A stretch of DNA of 64,000 nt from an uncultured Candidatus Saccharibacteria bacterium (GTDB lineage Bacteria > Patescibacteriota > Saccharimonadia > Saccharimonadales > EFPC-124): NCBI GenBank assembly GCA_964550035.1, contig CAZJVU010000003.1, positions 1,383-65,382 of the forward strand, written 5' to 3'. The position numbers and the translations under genes were made by a program. Every line of letters begins with the position of its first letter. Position 1 is the first letter of the stretch. The notes below the pieces were generated by a model. The model did no database searches, was not told the DNA's origin, and saw nothing but the letters and a program-made list of their open reading frames with translations. This document shows, one piece after another, positions 1-7,018 of the stretch.

Positions 1-1468
1 TCTGATCGGTCACGACCATTTGCTCGATGATCGTCATGCGGCCGACGTAGCCAAATGGTACGGCCTCGGACTTGCCAGGCTTATAGAGCGTGATGGTGTC
101 GAGGTCAGGCATTGGGACGCTGGCAGGTAATCCTTCGAGCTGTTTGCGGATGTAGTTCTTGGTGGCTTCGTCGGGCGTATAAGGCACTTTAGTCGCGTCA
201 TCGAGCCGACGCACAAGGCGCTGGCCCACAACCAAACGGATAGCCGTGCTGAAGATCGGGTTCTGACCAATCATGTCAATCATACGGCTAAACGCTGTCG
301 AGGCCGTGCTGGCGTGGAATGTGCTGAGCACCAGGTGACCCGTGATCGACGCCTGAATCGCCGTCTTGGCTGTGTCGACGTCACGAATTTCTCCCACCAT
401 CACCACGTCAGGGTCAAGTCGGAGGACGGCGCGAAGCTTTTCGGCAAAACTATCACCAGCCTGCGTGTTCACCGGTATCTGACTGACGCCAGGAATGCTA
501 AACTCAACTGGATCTTCTAGAGTCAAAATCTTTCGGCCAGGGTCGTTCAGCGCGTTGAGAATGCTATACAGTGTGGTCGACTTGCCGGAACCAGTCGGGC
601 CAACCATCAGCACCATGCCGTGCGGGTGATCGATGATTTGCTGGAAATTACCAACTTGTGCATCAGTCATGCCGAGATTGTCCAGCCGTAACAGGTTTGC
701 ATCGAAGTTAAACAACCGGATAACCGCATCTTGTCCGTAGACAGTCGGCACGGTTTCGATACGCATGTTCAGTAAACGTGTCTTACCGTCGGCCTCTTGG
801 ATATCTTGTTGCATGTGGCCGGTCTGGGCATCGCTGGCGGCAGTCGAGATGTTGGCGCGTGAGGCGATCGACGCGAAGAGCACGCGGTATTTATCTTTGC
901 TCAGGTTTGCCACTGGGTGCAATGCGCCATCGACGCGCATACGCACGCGTACGTCGTCGCGCTGAGACTCGAGGTGAATGTCTGAGGCATTCAGTTTGTC
1001 AGCTTGCTTAATAAGATAGTTCAGAACATCGTCAGAACGCACTGATTCCAGCGTCTTGCTGACTTCACTGATCGTGGCACTGTCACCTTCGGTGGCGATT
1101 TTGACGTCGTTATACACGACTTTCTTTGGCGGGTCGTAACGAAGCATGAGCGCGCGGTAACCAGCGTTACTCATCACGACAAACTGCACGAGCCGACCTT
1201 CGAATCGCTCGCGGATCTGCCGCAAAAGCTGCTGCGGCGTATTGATGGTGATACCGAATACGAGCGGCGCGTTCTCGCCATTATCAGAGATCGGCACAAT
1301 GTGGCCCTGGTACATTTCGGGGATGCTCAGCAAGCCCTGGTACAGGGGGCTATCGGGCGCAAGCTCACGCGAATCAAAATACTGCAGCCCCAACATGTTC
1401 GCGCGCTGAAGTGTGTGTGCCTCTTCTTGATCGCGGAATTTTGCCGCGTCATCATCATGCATAGCCAT
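1..1468 (-). CDS. pilB: Type IV pilus / type II secretion assembly ATPase (PilB/GspE family); C-terminus lies beyond the window start
   Basis: Absent from the ORF track because it is cut by the window edge. Manual translation from ATG at 1468 gives MAMHDDDAAKFRDQEEAHTLQRANMLGLQYFDSR... It contains Walker A GPTGSGKSTT plus LTLEDPVEF and VMVGEIRD motifs typical of GspE/PilB ATPases. Confidence 0.85.
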   Translation of the reverse strand, partial: MAMHDDDAAKFRDQEEAHTLQRANMLGLQYFDSRELAPDSPLYQGLLSIPEMYQGHIVPISDNGENAPLVFGITINTPQQLLRQIRERFEGRLVQFVVMSNAGYRALMLRYDPPKKVVYNDVKIATEGDSATISEVSKTLESVRSDDVLNYLIKQADKLNASDIHLESQRDDVRVRMRVDGALHPVANLSKDKYRVLFASIASRANISTAASDAQTGHMQQDIQEADGKTRLLNMRIETVPTVYGQDAVIRLFNFDANLLRLDNLGMTDAQVGNFQQIIDHPHGMVLMVGPTGSGKSTTLYSILNALNDPGRKILTLEDPVEFSIPGVSQIPVNTQAGDSFAEKLRAVLRLDPDVVMVGEIRDVDTAKTAIQASITGHLVLSTFHASTASTAFSRMIDMIGQNPIFSTAIRLVVGQRLVRRLDDATKVPYTPDEATKNYIRKQLEGLPASVPMPDLDTITLYKPGKSEAVPFGYVGRMTIIEQMVVTDQ

Positions 1469-1575
1469 ATACCAATACTATAGCAAATCACAAGCGGTAT
1501 GACGCTACTATTTTCGGCGCGTATTCGTCGTTTACGACTCATCAGCACGGCTGGGTTCATCCGTGGTACGCAGAA

Positions 1576-1612
1576 GGGGGCGCGGGCTGCATGTGCCACC
1601 GCGCGCCTCCCC
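1576..1612 (-). terminator. GC-rich imperfect hairpin downstream of cassette ORF A
   Basis: Inverted repeat gggggcgcggg...ccgcgcgcctcccc about 20 nt after the ORF A stop. It has bulges and no U-tract. Confidence 0.4.
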
Positions 1613-1632
1613 GTGTTTCGTCTTTGGTCTTG

Positions 1633-2520
1633 TCAGTCCGATGACTCGGCCATCCGAGGCACCATGACGGCCTCGGTGATTCGAGCCGTGTAGAGCTCCA
1701 TCATGTCCGTCTCGAGCGACTTGAGCTTGTCCACGAACTCGGCCACGCTCCAGTGAGCGGCACCGCCAAGTCTCGTGCGGGTCTGGACGATGATTTTTGC
1801 AGTGATTCGATCCTGCATCCCGATGTTGTTGTCCATCGAGAAGCCAATCTCCCACTCGATCGTGACGTTCGCGGCCGCAGGGGCCAAAAATCGCACGACT
1901 GTACAGGCAGATCGGTCGATGGCCCCAACCCGAAGCATCGCCAGGGTCGCGTGGCTGTTGACGCTGTCCGGATAGATGGCGACCGCGATACCATGCGGCG
2001 TGACGGCAGCATTCGGCTCGGCCAGCGCCAGGCCATCACTGGCCGGACTTTGACGCCCGAAAACTTTGTATGTCTTCTCGCCGCTGTCCAGGACGATGAC
2101 CTCGAATGCGTGCGGGTGGATGGCGTATGTGCCAGGAGGCAGAACCGCTTCCTGTACGCCTTGTCGGCCACCGGCGGCGAGAAAGGTCTCGACGTCGGTG
2201 AAGTACCCGAAACGCGCATCGTACGGTGCAGTCAGAAGCTCCGACTGCGCGCCGATGTGCGATGTCACGACGCCCACGCAGCCGTCAGGGATGACGACCA
2301 TGTCGTAGACGTCGATGGTTCGCCGCACCGCGATGTGTCGCTTGCTGGGCAAAAGTCGAGGCTGCACGCCCCGCTCGTCTTGCTTAACGATGTTGCTGTT
2401 GCGACCGAGCCGCTCCACGCCAACCTTACCGTCTGGAACGGTAACATACGGCCAGCACAACAATCCCACCGCAGCGAGTGCGATAACGCCACCGATGCCA
2501 ATCCAAAAAACGGTGTCCAT
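1633..2520 (-). CDS. Cassette ORF A: membrane-anchored hypothetical protein (295 aa), possibly SPFH/band-7-like
   Basis: Long GC3-rich ORF with dense antisense shadow ORFs. ATG at 2520 is preceded by GAGGAG; the track start at 2532 is an upstream GTG. N-terminal TM helix VFWIGIGGVIALAAVGLLCW. The SPFH resemblance (GRQGVQEAVLPPGTYAIHP) is from memory only. Confidence 0.7.
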   Translation of the reverse strand: MDTVFWIGIGGVIALAAVGLLCWPYVTVPDGKVGVERLGRNSNIVKQDERGVQPRLLPSKRHIAVRRTIDVYDMVVIPDGCVGVVTSHIGAQSELLTAPYDARFGYFTDVETFLAAGGRQGVQEAVLPPGTYAIHPHAFEVIVLDSGEKTYKVFGRQSPASDGLALAEPNAAVTPHGIAVAIYPDSVNSHATLAMLRVGAIDRSACTVVRFLAPAAANVTIEWEIGFSMDNNIGMQDRITAKIIVQTRTRLGGAAHWSVAEFVDKLKSLETDMMELYTARITEAVMVPRMAESSD

Positions 2521-2565
2521 ACCTCTCCTCACCTTCGTGTCTCCTGAGTTGGACTACAGACGCAG

Positions 2566-2593
2566 ATTATACAATAATTATATGGAATGTAAA
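2566..2593 (-). promoter_or_regulatory. Sigma70-type promoter for ORF A (TTTACA-N16-TATAAT)
   Basis: On the minus strand, tttaca lies at 2588-2593 and tataat at 2566-2571. The stretch is AT-rich and sits ~45 nt upstream of the ATG at 2520. Confidence 0.55.
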
Positions 2594-2700
2594 TATGTGC
2601 ATACTCAAACGCCACCCGCCAAACTCCCCCTTGACGCCGACGCGAACGATATGCGATGATGACTTCGCTCATCACGAGCCCGAGCAGAGGGAGTACTTGC

Positions 2701-3147
2701 ATGACTGCCTATCGGCTTACCGCCACACATTCGATCACCCGTGACCGCGCCCGAGTCAACGGTAGTACCGGCATCATCCATCTCAGGTGTACGATCACCG
2801 TATACCTTCTCGCCCTTCAACCCGTCGTCGACACGCTGCTGCACACGTTCAACCCGCGTCACAGCGGCATCAGCATTCACGACGTCACCAGCCACCCCAC
2901 GCCTTACGGATTCGGAGCCAAGACCTGGAATTTCACCATGACTCTCCACACCACCACGAAGAAGGTGCGGACGCGTACATGGTGGGGTCGCCAGCTTCCG
3001 ACCATACAACTAGAAGTGCTTCCGTCCCAGCTCTTGGGACGATTCGAAGCGTTGCTCAGCCGTACCTGGAGTCGACTGAGTAGGAGCCAGCCAGCTTTCG
3101 CGGCCGACTCCGTGCAGTTCATTGGCGAGCTGCAGATGGTGGCCTGA
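2701..3147 (+). CDS. Cassette ORF B: hypothetical protein (148 aa), divergent from ORF A
   Basis: Third positions of the frame starting at ATG 2701 are about 70% G/C by hand count. AGGGAG lies 7 nt upstream. The competing minus ORF 2605-3009 puts its third positions on this frame's first positions. No family recognised. Confidence 0.55.
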   Translation: MTAYRLTATHSITRDRARVNGSTGIIHLRCTITVYLLALQPVVDTLLHTFNPRHSGISIHDVTSHPTPYGFGAKTWNFTMTLHTTTKKVRTRTWWGRQLPTIQLEVLPSQLLGRFEALLSRTWSRLSRSQPAFAADSVQFIGELQMVA

Positions 3148-3159
3148 ACGTCGACGCGC

Positions 3160-3200
3160 GGTGGCTCCGCATGGAGCCACCGCAGAGGGTGAGCCTCTGC
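3160..3200 (+). terminator. Two tandem hairpins after ORF B
   Basis: GGTGGCTCC-gcat-GGAGCCACC (3160-3181) is immediately followed by GCAGAGG-gtgag-CCTCTGC (3182-3200). Confidence 0.65.
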
Positions 3201-3222
3201 CGCTATTTACCTCTGTTATACT

Positions 3223-3720
3223 ATGTCTATGGCATTAATTGTTATCGCTCATAATATCCGTAGTACATATAATGTCGGCGCCATACTCCGCTCCTGTGAC
3301 GGATTTGGCGTGGGCACATTCTATGCGAGCGGCTATACACCCTACCCTGTCGTCCCCGGTGATATACGCCTACCTCATGAACGCGAAAAACTCACTCGCC
3401 AGATCGCTAAAACATCACTGGGGGCTGAGCGAACGGTATCAATTGACCACGTCGCAGAGCCGTCGGAGATTATCCAATCATACAAGGCACAAGGCTACAT
3501 TATTGCGGCGCTCGAGCAGTCCGATCAGTCCGTAAACCTTGCCGAATACCGCCCGCCTGAGAACCTCGTCCTTGTCCTCGGCGAAGAAGTCCATGGCGTA
3601 CCACATGCACTACTCGAACTCTGTAGCGTAACACTAGAAATCCCTATGGTCGGCCGCAAAGAATCGTTCAACGTGAGCGTTGCTACCGGTATTGCACTCT
3701 ATGCACTTTCAGTTGCATAA
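3223..3720 (+). CDS. SpoU/TrmH-family RNA 2'-O-methyltransferase
   Basis: 165 aa. NIRSTYNVGAILRSCDGFG and C-terminal LEIPMVGRKESFNVSVATGIALY match the SpoU methylase motifs. Confidence 0.8.
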   Translation: MSMALIVIAHNIRSTYNVGAILRSCDGFGVGTFYASGYTPYPVVPGDIRLPHEREKLTRQIAKTSLGAERTVSIDHVAEPSEIIQSYKAQGYIIAALEQSDQSVNLAEYRPPENLVLVLGEEVHGVPHALLELCSVTLEIPMVGRKESFNVSVATGIALYALSVA

Positions 3721-3755
3721 AAACCTAGTCAAAATTCGCTTGCTCCGGCATACTA

Positions 3756-4649
3756 GTGATGAACATTATGGCAAAACAAAAACCCACCGCCAAAAAGAGG
3801 GCCACGCTTCATTCTGTCGAGCATCGGCAAGCTGCGCGTGATTTGCACCGCCGCCGAGCTTGGTGGTTTACCGCACTGACCGCGGGGCTTGTGTTGATTC
3901 AGATCGCCTACAACTTCCATAGTGACGGACAGCCGCGTGTGCTTGGTTACGCCACAAGCATGAGTAGCGACACGCTGCTCAAAGACACGAATGATTATCG
4001 CCAGCAGTCCAACCTGCCGACCCTCAAAATGAACGATGCCCTCTCGCGTGCCGCACAGGCAAAGGCTGATCAAATGATCGCCCAAAACTATTGGAGTCAT
4101 GAATCGCCAAACGGCACGACGCCATGGTATTTCTTCCACAAAGTAGGCTACGACTATAGCGTTGCAGGCGAAAACCTCGCTTATGGCTTTGCCACGTCCG
4201 ACCAAGTCGTGACCGCCTGGATGAACAGCGTAGAACACCGCGATAACGTCTTAGGCAATTACCAAGATGTCGGGTTCGGTTTTGCAAGTAGCCAAGATTA
4301 TCAGCACGGAAAAAACACCGTTGTCGTTGCGATGTATGGCCTGCCCAGCGGGCAGAAACCAACCGTTGCAACCAGCTCGCCCGCAGCCACCACCAAGGCG
4401 CCTGTCAGTCCGCAGCACGTCAATGGCGCGACGAGCATCATGAGCGGCAATGCACCGTGGGCAACCTATGCCAGCCTCGCGCTTATTGGCGCAACAGTGC
4501 TTGGGTTTCTCGTCACCCATCTCGAGACGCTGAGGCTCGGATGGAACAACGCGCGTAAATACGCCATGCTCCACCCAGCCGTCGACGCGGCAGTGCTGCT
4601 CAGCCTAGCGCTTGTTGTCGTGCAATCAGCTGGTGGGTTTATTCGATAA
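3756..4649 (+). CDS. CAP/SCP (YkwD-like) domain protein with C-terminal membrane anchor
   Basis: Contains LNDALSRAAQAKADQMIAQNYWSHESP...ENLAYGF...VVTAWMNSVEHRDNVL, typical of the CAP domain. Hydrophobic C-terminal helices. Confidence 0.75.
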   Translation: MMNIMAKQKPTAKKRATLHSVEHRQAARDLHRRRAWWFTALTAGLVLIQIAYNFHSDGQPRVLGYATSMSSDTLLKDTNDYRQQSNLPTLKMNDALSRAAQAKADQMIAQNYWSHESPNGTTPWYFFHKVGYDYSVAGENLAYGFATSDQVVTAWMNSVEHRDNVLGNYQDVGFGFASSQDYQHGKNTVVVAMYGLPSGQKPTVATSSPAATTKAPVSPQHVNGATSIMSGNAPWATYASLALIGATVLGFLVTHLETLRLGWNNARKYAMLHPAVDAAVLLSLALVVVQSAGGFIR

Positions 4650-4668
4650 GATTAATACTAGTGTCGTG

Positions 4669-4700
4669 ATTGAGGGGCCGAGATGGTACGGCCCCTCAAT
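4669..4700. terminator. Perfect 12-bp hairpin between the CAP gene and cassette ORF C
   Basis: ATTGAGGGGCCG-agatggta-CGGCCCCTCAAT, located between two convergent stops (4649 and 4719). Confidence 0.7.
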
Positions 4701-4718
4701 CAACGTCCGGTGCTGGCG

Positions 4719-5297
4719 CTACTCCCTCCGCTGCGCACGCAGCCTTTCGACACGCTTGGTGCCCGCCGCGAACAGCTGCAGAATGTGCTTGATCGTGGGA
4801 GGAATGTCGACGTCGTCGACGCCCAGGTAAGGCAGCATCGTCTGGAGGAGCTGCTCCAGTTCGTGAGGCTCCATCAGTCGAACGAGCTCGAACGGGTGCG
4901 CGCTGCGTTGGGTCAAATGCATGCGGACGTCCGCTTCGCCGGAGACGAACACTGGCGTCTTGGAGCCGGCGAGTCGGATTGTGCTGTACGGCAGCTCACG
5001 CTGTGCGTTCGCGTACGACGCGTCGGACTTGCCTCGCGGAAGGACTCTCAGATGAACAGAGCACCCCTGCTCGTACTGAATGATCGCCCCACCCTGGAAG
5101 ACGTCGTTCTGCCTCGCCCCTTCCACCCGCAGCCCCATGAGGCCGAGAGTGATCCCCACTTCACCTGCACGCTCGTTGTGCGGCACACGATGAATGGGAG
5201 CTCGACGGCTGTTGGCGTCCAGAGGCGCGCGGTAGTTCCAATACACGACCATCATCGGTTTGGTGACCACGCACACTTCACGCTGAGGGCTTGTCAC
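4719..5297 (-). CDS. Cassette ORF C: hypothetical protein (192 aa), paralog of ORF D
   Basis: GC3-rich with a GTG start. Aligns over its full length with ORF D, e.g. RVPHNERAGE vs RVPVHERSGE and LRVLPRGKS vs VEVYPRGRS. Confidence 0.7.
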   Translation of the reverse strand: MTSPQREVCVVTKPMMVVYWNYRAPLDANSRRAPIHRVPHNERAGEVGITLGLMGLRVEGARQNDVFQGGAIIQYEQGCSVHLRVLPRGKSDASYANAQRELPYSTIRLAGSKTPVFVSGEADVRMHLTQRSAHPFELVRLMEPHELEQLLQTMLPYLGVDDVDIPPTIKHILQLFAAGTKRVERLRAQRRE

Positions 5298-5342
5298 GTT
5301 ATGGCCTCGATTCTTAAGTCAGAACACTTACGGACGTGCAAA

Positions 5343-5371
5343 AGTATAGAACGTTCCTAGCTTGCTGTCAA
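5343..5371 (-). promoter_or_regulatory. Sigma70-type promoter for ORF C (TTGACA-N17-TATACT)
   Basis: On the minus strand, ttgaca lies at 5366-5371 and tatact at 5343-5348, with a 17-nt spacer. It sits in an AT-rich gap between ORFs D and C. Confidence 0.65.
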
Positions 5372-5392
5372 AATATAAGTTCATTTCTCGTC

Positions 5393-5424
5393 GAGGAGTG
5401 GGCAGCGCAAACCGCCCACCCCTC
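5393..5424 (-). terminator. Hairpin after ORF D
   Basis: gaGGAGTGGGC-agcgcaaacc-GCCCACCCCtc with one mismatch, ~20 nt after the ORF D stop at 5442. Confidence 0.6.
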
Positions 5425-5441
5425 GACCATGTCCGCGGCGA

Positions 5442-6020
5442 CTACCGCCGGGTCAGCTCGTCGATCCGCCGCTTGCCCTGCTGCAAGAGCGCGCGAACGC
5501 GCTGGGTGGCAGGGTCAACATCCGTGGCGTCGACACCGAGGCGCGGCAGCACCCCGGCCAGGTACTGCACCAGCTGCGATGGCTGCAGCAGCCGCATGTG
5601 GTAGAGGCTGCTGCCAGAACGGTGCGAGCTGCCCATGCGCACGCTGGGCCGTTCGGAGATCACGGTGTAGCCACGCGCTGCTGACAGCGGGACCACGCGC
5701 ACCTGCGAGTCGTTCCGCCACCGTTCGTACTCCGCCTTCGACCTCCCTCTCGGGTAGACTTCGACGAAGGCCTCGCAGCCACTGTTGTACTCGAAGGTGG
5801 CGCTCTGCGGGTAAACGTTGCCGGTCTCCGATCCGTCGATAACGAGCCCGGCCAACGCGTAGATGATCGTCAGCTCACCACTGCGTTCGTGCACCGGCAC
5901 GCGATCGACGGGGATCGGCCGGTGGCTGCTGTCGTAGACGTGGTGGTACTGCCGGAGGGCGATCACCACCGGCTGACTGAACCGGCGCGCCGGTGGTACG
6001 TACTTCTGGGTTCTACCCAT
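5442..6020 (-). CDS. Cassette ORF D: hypothetical protein (192 aa), paralog of ORF C
   Basis: Trimmed from track ORF 5442-6119 to the ATG at 6020 (MGRTQKYVPP...). This removes the overlap with ORF E and gives the same length as ORF C. Confidence 0.7.
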   Translation of the reverse strand: MGRTQKYVPPARRFSQPVVIALRQYHHVYDSSHRPIPVDRVPVHERSGELTIIYALAGLVIDGSETGNVYPQSATFEYNSGCEAFVEVYPRGRSKAEYERWRNDSQVRVVPLSAARGYTVISERPSVRMGSSHRSGSSLYHMRLLQPSQLVQYLAGVLPRLGVDATDVDPATQRVRALLQQGKRRIDELTRR

Positions 6021-6052
6021 GACTTGTCTCGCTTTCTGTGCGTTGGAAAAAG

Positions 6053-6526
6053 TCAGGCGCTCTGCGTCTGCGCCACGTAGATCTTGGCCAGGTGCTCCTG
6101 CGACAGCTGCAGACCGCACTCGCGGACCATCGAGCCGTCAGTGTTGAGCAGTTGGATCGAATCGTGCATGGGGCGCCCGACGTAACGGACGCCGTCGATC
6201 TTGACCATGCAGGCCAAACTCGTGACCGCGCGCTGCCGCTCCGGGACACCGTCCCAGATGATGCGCAACGGCTTCTGGTTCACGCGAGGGTTCAGCACGT
6301 AGACCGTCGAAGGCCGGTAAAAGAAGGTCTCTCGGCGGCCGCGACGTACGAAGCGCCCCTCCTTCTTGACCGTGATCCACCAGCACTTCGAGCACAGCTC
6401 ATCGGCGAAGAGACACTCGCCGGCACCGCGCGCACTGGCGCCGCAGGCGCAACATCGATCGGGCGAATTCTCCACATGGATCTTGAACGTGGCCAAATCG
6501 ACCAAGTTCACGCTTGCCAAAGACAC
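6053..6526 (-). CDS. Cassette ORF E: hypothetical Cys-cluster (zinc-ribbon-like) protein (157 aa)
   Basis: GTG start 8 nt after AAGGAG. Contains DRCCACGASARGAGECLFADELCSKCWW, which gives two CxxC-like pairs. Its stop is 32 nt upstream of the ORF D start, so co-transcription is likely. Confidence 0.7.
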   Translation of the reverse strand: MSLASVNLVDLATFKIHVENSPDRCCACGASARGAGECLFADELCSKCWWITVKKEGRFVRRGRRETFFYRPSTVYVLNPRVNQKPLRIIWDGVPERQRAVTSLACMVKIDGVRYVGRPMHDSIQLLNTDGSMVRECGLQLSQEHLAKIYVAQTQSA

Positions 6527-6566
6527 GGAATTGCTCCTTAAACCTAGACGTCTTACGGACTAAAGG

Positions 6567-6595
6567 ATTATAAAACTTCCCTCTACTCCTGTCAA
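6567..6595 (-). promoter_or_regulatory. Perfect-consensus sigma70 promoter for ORFs E-D (TTGACA-N17-TATAAT)
   Basis: On the minus strand, ttgaca lies at 6590-6595 and tataat at 6567-6572, with a 17-nt spacer. The stretch 6561-6600 has 13 G+C out of 40 by hand count. Confidence 0.7.
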
Positions 6596-6602
6596 AAAGA
6601 AT

Positions 6603-6622
6603 ATCGCTCTCGATAGAGCGAT
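6603..6622. promoter_or_regulatory. Palindrome just upstream of the E-D promoter
   Basis: ATCGCTCT-cgat-AGAGCGAT, with 8-bp arms, lying 8 nt beyond the -35 box. It could be an operator or an insulating hairpin. Confidence 0.35.
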
Positions 6623-6770
6623 TACATACAGGTGCGTATCTAGAATTAACTACAGATTTTATACTACCATATCCCGCTCGTCTATCCAAAATTGCTTAAT
6701 GTGTGAAATTTCTCATAGCTTCTTCTAAGATTTATGCTATATAGTATGGACAGGAAAGGAGGTGTGAGGA

Positions 6771-7004
6771 ATGGACACAGGATACTACATATCAAACAAC
6801 TACATATACGGGCCCTCGCGTGGCGGGGAGTTCTACATCCAAGGCAATCGAATACATGGACCGCGTTACGACGGTCTTTTTTGGCTCGACGGATCAGGCT
6901 ATATCTACGGCCCCGTAGACTCTGGAAAGTTCTATATCCAGGGGAATCAAATATTCAAATCGTCGTCATTTGCGACGTCGCCAAACTTGCCTTGGTTCGC
7001 ATAA
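6771..7004 (+). CDS. Small four-repeat protein (77 aa)
   Basis: GGAAAGGAGGTG RBS. Four copies of a G-x-(F/Y)-(Y/W)-I-x-G-N-x-I-(Y/H)-G-P-like unit: GYYISNNYIYGP, GEFYIQGNRIHGP, GLFWLDGSGYIYGP, GKFYIQGNQIF. Composition matches the core genome. Confidence 0.55.
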   Translation: MDTGYYISNNYIYGPSRGGEFYIQGNRIHGPRYDGLFWLDGSGYIYGPVDSGKFYIQGNQIFKSSSFATSPNLPWFA

Positions 7005-7018
7005 AAACAAAAACTCAT

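Noticed and set aside
1499-2547. Multiple overlapping ORFs (1753-2547 +, 1701-2219 -, 1532-1855 - and others) around ORF A.
   Set aside because: These are the shadow frames typical of GC-rich coding DNA, with Arg/Ser/Pro-rich products. Only the 1633-2520 frame has an SD, a TM helix and a protein-like composition.
3217-3222. TATACT hexamer abutting the SpoU methyltransferase ATG, considered as a -10 box or leaderless-mRNA signal.
   Set aside because: A -10 box at this position would place the transcription start inside the coding region. There is no supporting -35 box, so I treat it as coincidental.
4683-6541. Plus-strand ORFs 4683-5360 (225 aa), 5336-5842 and 6038-6541 in the C-D-E module.
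   Set aside because: They are antisense to three minus-strand ORFs, two of which are mutual paralogs. They also cross promoter and terminator elements and are Arg/Ala-rich.
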